64,000 nt of DNA from a virus: IMG/VR virus record IMGVR_UViG_3300045988_154248; one strand, given 5' to 3'. A program made the translations under genes and the position numbers. This document shows positions 28,154 through 38,708 of this stretch, one piece after another (the first letter of the stretch is position 1; each line of letters begins with the position of its first letter). Under the pieces are notes generated by a model, which had not been told where the DNA came from, searched no databases, and saw only the letters and a list, made by a program, of their open reading frames with translations.

Positions 28154-28648
28154 ATGGCTATTAAATATAAAATTGATCAGCATCATGTATGCTTCCCAAC
28201 CAAAGTCCTTTCTGACAAAGTTGGTCGTGTATTAAACATGGTTATCAAAGAAGATACGGATAACGGTACAGTTTGCGGCAAAGGAAAATATGTAAGCTTT
28301 GACCAATATGAGGTTGCAGATGCACCAGCTGGTTTTGAAGGAGAAATTCTTGAGCAAGCTGCTGACGGAAACTGGTATGTAGAGGTTAAGAAAGTCGATC
28401 CAAATGCACCAGCAATTCTTATTTATGAAGTTCCTGAAATTGCAGAAACCTATAATAGTGAATTTACCAAAACTTCTAACTTCTTCAACGCAGCAACAGC
28501 CGAAAGAACAAAAACAGTTAGAGGACTTGTGCTTACAGTAACAGACGTTTATGAGCTTAGTGAAGATACATTTGACGGAACACCTGTAGCTGGTAAGAAA
28601 GTAACTGTTGAAGCTGGAAGTCAGAAACACAAAGTTTCAGAACTATAA
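28154..28648 (+). CDS. hypothetical head-module protein
   Basis: 164-aa ORF after AAAGGAGGAAAA. Confidence 0.4.
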   Translation: MAIKYKIDQHHVCFPTKVLSDKVGRVLNMVIKEDTDNGTVCGKGKYVSFDQYEVADAPAGFEGEILEQAADGNWYVEVKKVDPNAPAILIYEVPEIAETYNSEFTKTSNFFNAATAERTKTVRGLVLTVTDVYELSEDTFDGTPVAGKKVTVEAGSQKHKVSEL

Positions 28649-28666
28649 AGAAGGGAGGAATAAGCA

Positions 28667-29776
28667 ATGAATAAGATGAATTTTAGCGCACATGTGCTTA
28701 ATGTATTCGATGAAATGAAAACTTCTTATGAAGAAGTAAAAAATCTGATGTTCGATTTATATAAAAATGAACTCGACGATGGAATTTCTAAGAGAGAGGC
28801 TGAAGATAAACTTAGAGAAGTATCTCTAAAAATTTTCGGTCTTACCAAAGACTCTTCTCGTAGAGAAAGAGAACGTGCTTACAGAGATCATGCTCGTCAG
28901 TATTTCGATGTAATTGAAGAAGTAACTGATTGGACAGTTTCTACAGGACTTAAAGAAAATGAGTGGTTCAACGCACTTGTTAATTACAGAAACCTTAAAG
29001 AGGGAGATACTAATCTTTTCGTTAATGAGCATGAGGAAGTAATTCTTTCTATAGCAAGAATGGGTAAGAGACATCACGATACAATGCTTCAGAGATTACC
29101 AGAGAACACAACATATTCTGTAGAGACGGATGTTTATGGTGCTGCTGTTGGTGCTGATATTGATAGATATCTTATTGGACAAGAGGATTGGACAAAACTT
29201 GTAGACGCTATCACTAAAGCATTTGTTGTAAAGATTCAAGAGCTTATCTTTGCTGAGATTCTTGAAGCACCAAAGAAACTTCCGGCACAGTCCGAGTTCG
29301 TACAAACAGGTGCGCTCAACACAACAAATAGAAAGAAATTCAATAAAGTTCTTCAAAATGTATCTGTTGCAAATGATAATGCAGATGTAGTTATCATGGG
29401 AACAATGGTTGCACTTCAGGAGCTTGAAAACCTTATCGATGTTAAATGGGTTGCTGATTCTCAGAAAGAAGATATTGCAAAGATGGGTCGCCTTGGAAAT
29501 TACGGACGTTACACGCTTGTTGAAATTCCACAGAGATTTGCAAGAAACGATGTAACTAAGTCCATGTACAAGGATGACACTCTTTTCGTATTTGCAACTG
29601 GTGACAACAAACTTGTTGATATGGTTGATGTTGGTGAGACTCTTATCGAGGAAATCACAGAGCGTGGAACAGCTAATAGTAACATCGCTGATATCATGAA
29701 ATACGAAGTTCAGAGAGAGCTTGGAGTATCTACAAGAATTGGTCGTTACTTTGGTTCATGGACCATTACTGACTAA
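28667..29776 (+). CDS. major capsid protein (putative)
   Basis: 369 aa after GAAGGGAGG, downstream of the scaffold candidate and followed by a terminator. Assignment rests on position and size only. Confidence 0.45.
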   Translation: MNKMNFSAHVLNVFDEMKTSYEEVKNLMFDLYKNELDDGISKREAEDKLREVSLKIFGLTKDSSRRERERAYRDHARQYFDVIEEVTDWTVSTGLKENEWFNALVNYRNLKEGDTNLFVNEHEEVILSIARMGKRHHDTMLQRLPENTTYSVETDVYGAAVGADIDRYLIGQEDWTKLVDAITKAFVVKIQELIFAEILEAPKKLPAQSEFVQTGALNTTNRKKFNKVLQNVSVANDNADVVIMGTMVALQELENLIDVKWVADSQKEDIAKMGRLGNYGRYTLVEIPQRFARNDVTKSMYKDDTLFVFATGDNKLVDMVDVGETLIEEITERGTANSNIADIMKYEVQRELGVSTRIGRYFGSWTITD

Positions 29777-29799
29777 TCTAAGTAATAAAAATATATTAG

Positions 29800-29832
29800 A
29801 GGAGTAGTTTAACCGCTACTCTTCTATTTTTT
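29800..29832 (+). terminator. rho-independent terminator
   Basis: GGAGTAG-tttaaccg-CTACTCT followed by TCTATTTTTT. Confidence 0.6.
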
Positions 29833-29847
29833 AATGGAGGGAAAGCC

Positions 29848-30426
29848 ATGCCGACAGCACGAGCAAAAAAGGAAACCGCTACTGCAACTAGAAAAGTAGC
29901 TACTAAAGTTGAGACAAAAACAACCGTAGAAGAACCAATTGAAGAAAAAATCGAAAAAGAGAAAAAGGTATTTACAGATTCAGATTATATTCTGTGTCGA
30001 TCAGTATGTTATGGTGGATTAAACATCACGTCTCAATCTGGAAATGTTTATGAATTCAAAGATTATGGATATGATTGCGAAATCAATTATCGTGACCTGG
30101 TTTCTTTGATTAGAAAAGGTTCAGACCATGTATTCTTACCAAGATTTGTTATCCTGGATGACGATTTACTGGAAGATTTTCCTACTGTAAAAAAAGTATA
30201 TGAGAAAATGTATACAAGAAATGATTTGCTCAAAATTCTTGATATGTCTACAAGACAGATGGAAATGGAAATCAAAGAGCTGCCAGAAGCTACAAGAACC
30301 ATCCTGGAACAGATGATTGCTACAGAGATTGCTAATGGTCATCTTGACAGTATTGCAAAAGTAAGAAAACTCAGTGAAATCTTTGATTCGGATTTTAATC
30401 TTCTAAGTGAATTATTTGTTAAATAA
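29848..30426 (+). CDS. hypothetical structural-module protein
   Basis: 192 aa with a Lys/Thr/Glu-rich N-terminus; GGAGGG RBS. Confidence 0.45.
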   Translation: MPTARAKKETATATRKVATKVETKTTVEEPIEEKIEKEKKVFTDSDYILCRSVCYGGLNITSQSGNVYEFKDYGYDCEINYRDLVSLIRKGSDHVFLPRFVILDDDLLEDFPTVKKVYEKMYTRNDLLKILDMSTRQMEMEIKELPEATRTILEQMIATEIANGHLDSIAKVRKLSEIFDSDFNLLSELFVK

Positions 30427-30437
30427 AGGAGGTTAAG

Positions 30438-30893
30438 ATGATACTTCCTTATGAAACTATCTTTTCAAGGGCATTGGGAAAAATTGATGATCCGAAAGAA
30501 TTAGCATTAAACTCTAATGATTTTTATGAGATTTACACCGAAAGACTACACAATGTACTTGGAGATGCAAGAATCAGAAGACTCTTCTCTTCTATTGTAT
30601 TGGACGATGAATTTCAAGAAGTTTCTTTTAATCTTGTAAATACAATAGATGAAAGTTCTGATATTGAATATGTGTGCAAATTATTTGTTTTAGGGATTAC
30701 AATTGAATGGCTCAGTCCAAGAGTCGATTCTTTGAATTATACCATTATGATGGTTGGTGGAAAAGAAGAAAAAATGCTAAACAATCCATACAGATTGCTT
30801 CAGACAAGATTAGAAAATGTACAGAAGGAATTAAGTAAGACTATTAGAGATCATGGTTATCTTTATAACTCTTATATTAATAAGGGTACATAA
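30438..30893 (+). CDS. hypothetical structural-module protein
   Basis: 151 aa after AAGGAGG. Confidence 0.45.
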   Translation: MILPYETIFSRALGKIDDPKELALNSNDFYEIYTERLHNVLGDARIRRLFSSIVLDDEFQEVSFNLVNTIDESSDIEYVCKLFVLGITIEWLSPRVDSLNYTIMMVGGKEEKMLNNPYRLLQTRLENVQKELSKTIRDHGYLYNSYINKGT

Positions 30894-30894
30894 T

Positions 30895-31260
30895 ATGGAT
30901 TATTTATATGGAACTTTTTCTGACGAACAAATAAAAAACGCAGCATGTTTAATGCACAAAAATATTCATAGATTACTTTTATATAAAGATAAGCTAGTGA
31001 CAGACAGAATTTTTAATTCAGATGATGATTTCAAAAAATACTTTGAAGATATTCTATTTAAATTCGGTGGACTTAATACATTATTAGGTTATCCAAATGA
31101 TATGCTGCTTTTAATTTCGACATTACAGGCGGCATACGATCTAATAGATAGTCCAAAATATAGTTATAGAATATTTAGAAAAGCTATTCTAGATTCTCAT
31201 GGATATATTAAAGCTATGTTAGAGGAGGTAAATAGTCATGCCAAACCTATCAACAGCTAG
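30895..31260 (+). CDS. hypothetical structural-module protein
   Basis: ATG 30895 directly follows the upstream stop, so the track's start at 30853 is an overlap artefact. Confidence 0.45.
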   Translation: MDYLYGTFSDEQIKNAACLMHKNIHRLLLYKDKLVTDRIFNSDDDFKKYFEDILFKFGGLNTLLGYPNDMLLLISTLQAAYDLIDSPKYSYRIFRKAILDSHGYIKAMLEEVNSHAKPINS

Positions 31261-32485
31261 ACGTATATCAAGCATACGATCAAATGATGCAAAAACAATT
31301 GGTGAAATAACAAAAGAAAACTCAGATTTTCTTATGGAACAAACATTTGATCATGACATCCAGGCAAAAAAGTGTTATATATATGATTTTTACCATGATG
31401 ATCAGCCAGATAAAAATCAGAATATGACTTATGACAATACAACCAAAACTCCAATTGATGCAAAGTTTATTATTAATTCTTATCAGTCTATAGATAAGGA
31501 TCAGGTTCCTTATTATCTACAATTTCGTCCGTCTCAAAAATATTCTTTTTCCGAGAATGATGATTTGTATTATTATGAAACAGATTATCACGAACGGTAT
31601 CTAGCCGATTTTCCGATTGGGTTATTCGTCGATATCCCAGATGATAATAAAATTTATCATAAATGGTTAATTGTTGGAAGAGAAATTGCAAACCAATTTC
31701 GAAAGTATTTAATTCTTCCATGTGATTATAATTTGACATGGATTGAAAAAACTGGTCAAAACAGAATTAAGCGGAAAATGTGGGGTGTGCTTCGAAACCA
31801 GAATTCGTACACAACTGGAAAATACAGAGACCACTACTTTGCCCACCCAGACAACCAGGATAAAATTTGGTTCCCATTAAATCCGATCACAGAAAAGTTT
31901 TGGTACAACGATGACGTTAGTAAAACAATGCGTCTTATTATTAGCGCGCCAACAGAACATCCTTTGGCATGGTCTGTAACAAAAATAGAAAACACAAAAC
32001 CTGTCGGAATCCAAAAACTTACAATTTATCAAGATTTTTGGGATGAACATAGAGATTATATTGAACGTGACGAAAATGGCAAGATTATTGGTATGTATGC
32101 TGATTATTATGATTCGTCTGTTATCCCAGTCGAACCATCAACACCTGGAGAAATTGCCGGTATAAATAAAAAAATTATAGCATCTTCTACCAATGTAAAA
32201 GTTGGTGGCAGTTATAAATTGTTTACTATAAAAATACTAGACGAGGATCACAATGACATATCTGATCAATATAAAGGCGGAGAATTTACTTGGAAATGCT
32301 CCGTAGAAAATAATGAATTATCTGATTATGTATCGTGGTCAAAATCTGGTTGTAAATATAATCAAATTAAAATGAAATTTATCAACGATCGAAATTATTT
32401 AGGGAAATTATTATTAATATCATGTGATGTTTCTTTAAATAATAACATTATTCGAGTAGCTGAAAATTTTGAAATTACTGTATAG
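31238..32485 (+). CDS. hypothetical structural-module protein
   Basis: 415 aa after GAGGAGG. Confidence 0.45.
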   Translation: MPNLSTARRISSIRSNDAKTIGEITKENSDFLMEQTFDHDIQAKKCYIYDFYHDDQPDKNQNMTYDNTTKTPIDAKFIINSYQSIDKDQVPYYLQFRPSQKYSFSENDDLYYYETDYHERYLADFPIGLFVDIPDDNKIYHKWLIVGREIANQFRKYLILPCDYNLTWIEKTGQNRIKRKMWGVLRNQNSYTTGKYRDHYFAHPDNQDKIWFPLNPITEKFWYNDDVSKTMRLIISAPTEHPLAWSVTKIENTKPVGIQKLTIYQDFWDEHRDYIERDENGKIIGMYADYYDSSVIPVEPSTPGEIAGINKKIIASSTNVKVGGSYKLFTIKILDEDHNDISDQYKGGEFTWKCSVENNELSDYVSWSKSGCKYNQIKMKFINDRNYLGKLLLISCDVSLNNNIIRVAENFEITV

Positions 32486-32496
32486 GGGGTATCTGA

Positions 32497-33138
32497 ATGA
32501 ATAAAATAAATGAATACTCCTTTCATACAAAAGATGATATGCTTAATAAATTACGCGCATATACACATAATCCAGATGATGATAATATTCGTATCAAAAA
32601 TCAAGTATATCAAATATTATTACACTGTCCAGAATTACTGTATGCAATTCATGATGCAGAGTTGGAATCCGAATTATTTGACGATGATGGAAATTTAAAC
32701 GTTGATGCAGATGGAGAACCATTGGGTGAGTGGGATCGTTATTTTGGTGAAAATGCCCATATCCGTCCATACATATTTTTCCCAGAAACAGAAACAGATT
32801 CTAGGAATTATGTATGTTATCAAACAAGTTTTAGTGACTTAGCAAGATATAATAATTCTGTAAAAACACTTCTTCTTACTTTTACAATATTTATCCATGA
32901 AAAAGATGTTATAGATGATCTTACTGGTTTACCAAGACATGATCTAATTGCTGCAATATTGCGAGATAGATTTGCATGGATTGGAACTGAGGTTGAAAAT
33001 CCGATTCCATCTTTGGATAAAGAATCAACGATGGATAATAATTATCTTGTGCGTACTTTGCAATATCAAATTATTACACCAAACAATATTACAAAAACAG
33101 AGAATGGTAAATCCTTCTATAGTAATAAAAGGTGGTAA
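32497..33138 (+). CDS. hypothetical structural-module protein
   Basis: 213 aa after AGGGGG. Confidence 0.45.
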   Translation: MNKINEYSFHTKDDMLNKLRAYTHNPDDDNIRIKNQVYQILLHCPELLYAIHDAELESELFDDDGNLNVDADGEPLGEWDRYFGENAHIRPYIFFPETETDSRNYVCYQTSFSDLARYNNSVKTLLLTFTIFIHEKDVIDDLTGLPRHDLIAAILRDRFAWIGTEVENPIPSLDKESTMDNNYLVRTLQYQIITPNNITKTENGKSFYSNKRW

Positions 33139-33141
33139 ATT

Positions 33142-33975
33142 ATGGGGTTTGCGAATAATGATCTTGTACAAAGTGCAATTGAAGCACAGATAGCAAATGA
33201 AGAAAATAAAGAAGAAGAATATTTAGATTTTAATCCTCTTCAACTATATTTTGGAGATGATTATGTAGTGAATGATAAAATCACAATTCATCAGCCATCA
33301 ATTCAAGACTATATAACATACGGAGAAGAAAATATACAATCTGTTATTTATCCATTTATTTCAAATACAACAAAATGTCGTTTACAACTTTGGAACAATG
33401 GAATTGACTGGAATGATATCACAAATCAGCAATTGTTTTCCATTTTAATCAAAAGTATTGATTTGGAATATTCAAAACTGATGTTTGGTGACATTGATTT
33501 TCATGGTTTTTCTTTCTTTACCGAGGAAAAAGATGGAAAAGAAAGTGTTATTTTATATAATCCTATTCAAGACATAAAGATTGACGAACCAACACGAATT
33601 AAAATGTGTAAATATATTCAATATATGTTTCATACATTTCCGCCAGAAGAGGAATTTACTTCTAGTAAGACTCTCAAAAGAGATCTCATTAATAGAGACA
33701 AACAGAATTTGCTGGCGATGAAAAGAGACAGTTCTTTAAAACCACCAAGTCTATTATCCATGATTTCTTTCTATCTGAATCACCCTGGATCGAAATATAA
33801 AAAGAATGAACTACGCAATGTTGGAATTGTGGAATTCTATGATAGTGTACAAAGACTTCAAATTTATGAATCAACACATGCTGTCATTAATGGCAGTTAT
33901 TCTGGATTTGTTGATACATCAAAAATTCCAAAAAATGAATTTAATTTCATGCGAGATCTTAAAGGATCTGCATGA
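33142..33975 (+). CDS. hypothetical structural-module protein
   Basis: 277 aa, tightly packed after the upstream gene. Confidence 0.45.
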   Translation: MGFANNDLVQSAIEAQIANEENKEEEYLDFNPLQLYFGDDYVVNDKITIHQPSIQDYITYGEENIQSVIYPFISNTTKCRLQLWNNGIDWNDITNQQLFSILIKSIDLEYSKLMFGDIDFHGFSFFTEEKDGKESVILYNPIQDIKIDEPTRIKMCKYIQYMFHTFPPEEEFTSSKTLKRDLINRDKQNLLAMKRDSSLKPPSLLSMISFYLNHPGSKYKKNELRNVGIVEFYDSVQRLQIYESTHAVINGSYSGFVDTSKIPKNEFNFMRDLKGSA

Positions 33976-34009
33976 TTTTTTTATACAAAATTTTAAGGAG
34001 GAAAAACAA

Positions 34010-34804
34010 ATGAGTTTTAAATTAGGTGACAAAATCTATAAAGAGATTCTATACTTTTATGCAGAAGATAAAGGTACTGGTATTCCACAATATGTACTCA
34101 CTCAATTAAGTGATGCAAATATTGAAATCACTGCTGAATCTACAGATGTTACCGATAAAAATGGTAATCTTGTAAAGAAGATTTGGAAGTCTAAAGCAGG
34201 TACTTTTTCTGCAACAAATGCTTTTGTTAACACCAATATCATTGCTGCATCTTCTGGATCTCAGCCAATCTTCGCATCCAAAAGTGGTAAAGTTAAAATG
34301 CCAAGACTGATGCATGTTAAAAATGGTGTTAAAACCGTTACGATTACCGGATATGTAGAAGGTTCTGTAAAAGTAGCTCAGTATTTTGGCGATGGTTCTA
34401 TTGGAAAAACATATACTATGGATACGACTGCTGCTGCAGATAAATTTTCTATTGCGAAAGAAGATGCTGTACTAACTCTTCCACTAGATGAAGACGCAGA
34501 AATGTTCTTTATTCGTTATGATCGTGAAGTAGAGACAGGTGCCGTAATCCACAATAGAGCAGATAAATTCCCAACATCTGTATACGCAATTATGAAAGCT
34601 ACATACTACAATCCATGTAAGAAAAATGATCTAAAAGCAGATTATATTGTAATGCCATCATTCCAGGTATCCCCGGAAACCACTGTTCCAGTTAGTGCTG
34701 ACACTGCAACCATGGATTTCAAAGGCGATCTAGAGATCGAATATTGTGGAGATGACAAGATTCTGTATAGCGTTTACGATGCTGATGAGGTCGACGAAGA
34801 CTGA
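34010..34804 (+). CDS. major tail (tube) protein (putative)
   Basis: ATG 34010 after AAGGAGGAAAA. 264 aa with alternating beta-like sequence, upstream of the tape-measure region. The track's start at 33806 overlaps the previous gene. Confidence 0.4.
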   Translation: MSFKLGDKIYKEILYFYAEDKGTGIPQYVLTQLSDANIEITAESTDVTDKNGNLVKKIWKSKAGTFSATNAFVNTNIIAASSGSQPIFASKSGKVKMPRLMHVKNGVKTVTITGYVEGSVKVAQYFGDGSIGKTYTMDTTAAADKFSIAKEDAVLTLPLDEDAEMFFIRYDREVETGAVIHNRADKFPTSVYAIMKATYYNPCKKNDLKADYIVMPSFQVSPETTVPVSADTATMDFKGDLEIEYCGDDKILYSVYDADEVDED

Positions 34805-34827
34805 TTCTAATCAGAAGGGAGAAACAA

Positions 34828-35181
34828 ATGGCAAATAACAGAGTATGCCTTACTTGTGGTAAGGCTTATGAGTATTGCGGATATTGTCCTACGAGCAAGA
34901 ATCTCCCGATGTGGATGAATCTGTTTGATACAGAAAATTGCAAAAATGTTTTTGAAACTGTAAGCGATTACGCTCAAGGTGCAATAAGTAAAGAAATAGC
35001 AGCTACAAATCTATCATTGTGTGATTTATCAAAAGTTTCTACCTACAAGGAAAATATCAAAAAACTTGTATCAGAAATTATTGATAATAAGAATGATAAA
35101 AAAGTTACTGCGACTAAAAAAAGAGAACAAGCTGTAAAGATTGTTCCAAAATCTAAAGTGAATAAAAATAGTGTTGATTGA
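34828..35181 (+). CDS. hypothetical protein with N-terminal zinc ribbon
   Basis: CLTCGKAYEYCGYCP motif; 117 aa. Confidence 0.45.
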   Translation: MANNRVCLTCGKAYEYCGYCPTSKNLPMWMNLFDTENCKNVFETVSDYAQGAISKEIAATNLSLCDLSKVSTYKENIKKLVSEIIDNKNDKKVTATKKREQAVKIVPKSKVNKNSVD

Positions 35182-35195
35182 TATATGAGAATTAT

Positions 35196-35240
35196 AGGGG
35201 TACGTATATATCAATTATACGCACCCCTATTTTTTACGCT
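35196..35240 (+). terminator. rho-independent terminator
   Basis: GGGGTACGTATA-tatcaat-TATACGCACCCC followed by TATTTTTT. Confidence 0.65.
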
Positions 35241-35269
35241 TATATATCAGGAAGGAATAAAAGGAAAAA

Positions 35270-35455
35270 ATGAAGTTTGACAAAGAATACGCGACTTCTT
35301 TTGTTGACGAGTATAAATATCTAAAAGAATACGGTATTCGTTATGAATTCGTAAAGGTCGATGATACCGGAAAAACTGTTTGGAAATATAAAAAGACACC
35401 GGAATTATTTGAAGCATTGAAAAATTTTTACATCAACAATGAATATTATGATTAG
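35270..35455 (+). CDS. small protein, diverged paralog of 8158-8337 / 43110-43286
   Basis: MKFDKEYATSFVDEYKYLKEYGIRYEFVK...WKYKKTPELFEALKNFY aligns along its length with the repeated 59-aa protein. Confidence 0.5.
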   Translation: MKFDKEYATSFVDEYKYLKEYGIRYEFVKVDDTGKTVWKYKKTPELFEALKNFYINNEYYD

Positions 35456-35466
35456 CAGGTGTGACT

Positions 35467-36573
35467 ATGAAAATTTATTTAGATAATGCTGCCACTACTC
35501 CATTAAATCAAGAGACAAAAGATTATATTATATCTATTTTAGACGATTATTATAATCCATCCAGTGCTTATCAGGAAGGAAGAAATATTCGAAACAAGAT
35601 TAACGAAGCAAGAAAAAATATTGCTGATTTTATTCATGCAGATGAAAGTAATATTTTGTTTACTTCTGGAGGATCGGCTTCTAATGCGTTAGCAGTCAAA
35701 GGATATAAAGACCAAAATGACTGTGTTATTCTGTACTCTCCTATTGCACATAAATCAATTTTAAATTATGTAAAAACAGTTAGAAATGCTATTCCATTAA
35801 AAGTAGATACGCATGGATTTATTGATCTTATGGATTTGAAAGAATTGTTAGCTATATATAATAAAAGAAGTTTTGTAGTTATTGACTATGCCAATAGCGA
35901 GATAGGAACAATTCAATATGTAAAAAAGATAATTGATTTAGTCCATTTTTATAACGGGACAATTTATGTTGATTGTACTGGATCTATTAGTCAAATTCCA
36001 CTGGATGTCAAGAAATTGGATATTGATATTGCAGGGTTTTCTGCGCATAAATTAGGATCTTTAAAAGGGTGTGGGGTTTTATATAAAAAGGATAATATTC
36101 AATTGTCTCCTATTATATATGGTTCACAAGAACATGGACTTTTTGGTGGAACAGAGAACACACTTGGCATCTTAACTCTAGGATACGTTGTAAAGCATTA
36201 TAATTATGATCACTGTACATCAGAAAAACGAAATTATCTCGTGCAAACACTATCAGGATTAGTTCCAAATTTTTTTGTTGTTGGCTCTTATAATAATAGA
36301 CTACCATATAATTTATTTTTGTGTTTTGAAGGAGTATCTGGCGAAGCATTAATGACCTTACTTCATGAATATGGTGTAATTGTATCTACTGGGTCTGCTT
36401 GTAATTCCGGAAGTTTGAAATCATCTGATACCTTACTTGCCATCGGAATGAAAGAAAAATATATTCATAATGGTATCCGTTTAACTTTGTGCGGATCAGA
36501 AACAAAAGAAGAATTAGATTACATATGTAACCAAATAAAAAATTGTGTCATGACATTGAGGAACTTAACGTAG
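35467..36573 (+). CDS. cysteine desulfurase (NifS/IscS-like class V aminotransferase)
   Basis: MKIYLDNAATTP N-terminus, PLP-Lys motif FSAHKLGSLKG, active-site Cys loop GSACNSG. Confidence 0.8.
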   Translation: MKIYLDNAATTPLNQETKDYIISILDDYYNPSSAYQEGRNIRNKINEARKNIADFIHADESNILFTSGGSASNALAVKGYKDQNDCVILYSPIAHKSILNYVKTVRNAIPLKVDTHGFIDLMDLKELLAIYNKRSFVVIDYANSEIGTIQYVKKIIDLVHFYNGTIYVDCTGSISQIPLDVKKLDIDIAGFSAHKLGSLKGCGVLYKKDNIQLSPIIYGSQEHGLFGGTENTLGILTLGYVVKHYNYDHCTSEKRNYLVQTLSGLVPNFFVVGSYNNRLPYNLFLCFEGVSGEALMTLLHEYGVIVSTGSACNSGSLKSSDTLLAIGMKEKYIHNGIRLTLCGSETKEELDYICNQIKNCVMTLRNLT

Positions 36574-36645
36574 GTTGCTCATGGTTATGGGCGTAAAAGT
36601 GTATTATCACTCTCCTATCATATCAAAATTATGGAGGGTAAAACT

Positions 36646-36906
36646 ATGAGAAATATTAATTGGCTCGTTAGAGTAAAAAATAAAATGTTCTGGATTTCAT
36701 TAATTCCAGCGGTAATCGTACTTATTCAAACTATTGCTGCAGTATTTGGTTTCACAATTGACTTGAGCGAGTTTGGAGACAATTTAGTTAACGTTGTTAA
36801 TGCAGTGTTCGTAGTATTGGCAATTTTAGGTATTGTAATTGATCCTACGACAGCAGGTGCTGGTGATTCAGAGAATGCTATGACTTATACAGAGCCAAAG
36901 GCTTAG
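36646..36906 (+). CDS. holin (phi-LC3-type)
   Basis: MRNINWLVRVKNKMFWISLIPA...ILGIVIDPTTAGAGDSENAMTY is the LC3-family holin signature with two TM segments. Confidence 0.8.
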   Translation: MRNINWLVRVKNKMFWISLIPAVIVLIQTIAAVFGFTIDLSEFGDNLVNVVNAVFVVLAILGIVIDPTTAGAGDSENAMTYTEPKA

Positions 36907-36922
36907 AAAGTGTAGGTGTAAC

Positions 36923-37600
36923 GTGGAACCTATACGTGATTTTTTTGGCATAGACTGGAAGGCGTTCGGAATAACAATCTTTGTAGCGTTGCTAGGATTC
37001 CAGGCAATTATTCAAGTATTACATTGGTTTTTATTTGAATTCTTGGGCATTGAAACAAAAGCAATGCGCGAGAAAAAAGAAGAACATGAATTGCTTATAA
37101 ATACAGCAAAAGAGGTAAAAGAACTTTCAAAACAACGTGAAGAAGATGTTGGACAGTCAATAAAACATGATAAAAAAATACAAGAAAATTTAGATCAATA
37201 TATGGAAGAGATCCGTAAAGCTATCACGGATACACAAAATATTGTGAATACATATTCTGAGAATAGAATCCATGATAGAAAGCAAAGTATACAAATCCAG
37301 CAGGAATTAAAAGATAACATATCTCAAATTGTTAAGTCAGACGAAGAAGAACAAGAGCAAATAAAAAATTTAATTCAGGCCCAAAAAGAATCTTTAGCGA
37401 ATCACATTAATCAAAAATATAAATCCTATCTTTCTAATAATGGAATACCAGAAGATGAGGTTGAAGAATTTATTAGCCTTCATGCGACATATAACGCCAT
37501 AGGCGGAAACCATACGGGAGATGCAAAGTTTAATTATTGTATGGAACATCTTCCTGTTGTACCAGTTGAGGTAAAATTAAGATTTAACGAAAAGAAATAA
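36923..37600 (+). CDS. membrane-anchored coiled-coil protein
   Basis: GTG start, N-terminal TM segment (ITIFVALLGFQAIIQVLHWFLF), then a charged coiled coil. Confidence 0.45.
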   Translation: MEPIRDFFGIDWKAFGITIFVALLGFQAIIQVLHWFLFEFLGIETKAMREKKEEHELLINTAKEVKELSKQREEDVGQSIKHDKKIQENLDQYMEEIRKAITDTQNIVNTYSENRIHDRKQSIQIQQELKDNISQIVKSDEEEQEQIKNLIQAQKESLANHINQKYKSYLSNNGIPEDEVEEFISLHATYNAIGGNHTGDAKFNYCMEHLPVVPVEVKLRFNEKK

Positions 37601-37632
37601 TTTGAAAGATGAATTTCATCGAAAGTAAAAAG

Positions 37633-37670
37633 TGACCGTGAACTATTAAAATGCTCACGGTCATTAAAAG
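37633..37670 (+). terminator. stem-loop terminator
   Basis: GTGACCGTGA-actattaaaatgc-TCACGGTCAT followed by T-poor sequence. Confidence 0.4.
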
Positions 37671-38051
37671 AAAGAAGGTCTTATATGTTTCGAAAATTAT
37701 ACAACAAATTTATAAACATGATTGTTGAAAAAATAAAACAATCAATATATAAAGACATGAAAAGTGATTATGATAAGTTGTTAATCAAAGATTAATCACC
37801 GTTTGTTTGAGAGGTGAAACAATATATTTGGATTTATAATATGCTTAAAATTTGGAGAAAAAGCAAAAACATTAGGATTTGGAAAAATCCTTAGATATAC
37901 TAACGCTTGCATCCGTAATATGTAAATTAACAGCGGAGAAGATTTCTATAAAAAAAGAATATGTCATATGAAAAAGCTGTAAATTTTATAACAGATAGTA
38001 TCAATGAAGTAAATCTTAAAATAAAAGAATAATTATAATATTTAAAAGGAA

Positions 38052-38522
38052 GTGATTACAATCGCTAGATCTAAATTTAACGTAGATAAGGACACAAGCA
38101 AACGTACTTATAATAACATAACTTTTGATTCAATTTTAGAAATGAAATATTATCGAGATGTGCTTTGCCCATTAGTGGAGAGTGGCGATGTGGTGGATTA
38201 TGAATTACAGAAGCCATATGAGCTACAACCAAAGTTCAAACACGACGGAAAAACTGTTCAGCCAATAAAATATGTGGCTGATTTTTTTATTGTCTATAAG
38301 GATGGACATGAAGAAGTTATTGACACTAAGGGATGCCCTGACAGTGTTGCACTGATTAAAAGAAAACTATTCTGGTACTGCTATCCAGATGTTAACTATA
38401 AATGGATTTGTTATTCCAAGATCGACGGAGGATGGCAGGAATACGAGATCGTGAAAAAGAATCGGGCAGAAAGGAAACGTAAGAAAAAAGAAACTCAAGA
38501 GGTAAACAATGTACTCCAGTGA
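38052..38522 (+). CDS. DUF1064-type PD-(D/E)XK nuclease-like protein (putative resolvase)
   Basis: FDSILEMKYY....IKYVADFFIVYKDGHEEVIDTKG...LIKRKLF matches the DUF1064 pattern (F.S..E..Y / Y.pDF.v / DvKG / K.kl). Confidence 0.55.
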   Translation: MITIARSKFNVDKDTSKRTYNNITFDSILEMKYYRDVLCPLVESGDVVDYELQKPYELQPKFKHDGKTVQPIKYVADFFIVYKDGHEEVIDTKGCPDSVALIKRKLFWYCYPDVNYKWICYSKIDGGWQEYEIVKKNRAERKRKKKETQEVNNVLQ

Positions 38523-38694
38523 AATAGATGATATTTTAAAAAAGAGAAATTATTGTTTGCCGTCACACTTGTATTTCAAAATAGTAGATAATTCTTCTCA
38601 AATTTGTCAGGTGAAGTATGATGCTTATTCTGATAAATATAGTATTCATACAGATGACGGATATCATTGGGAAGTTAGAGTTTATCAGGAATAA
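38509..38694 (+). CDS. hypothetical protein
   Basis: 61-aa ORF overlapping the upstream stop. Confidence 0.35.
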   Translation: MYSSEIDDILKKRNYCLPSHLYFKIVDNSSQICQVKYDAYSDKYSIHTDDGYHWEVRVYQE

Positions 38695-38708
38695 AAAGGA
38701 GAAAATAA

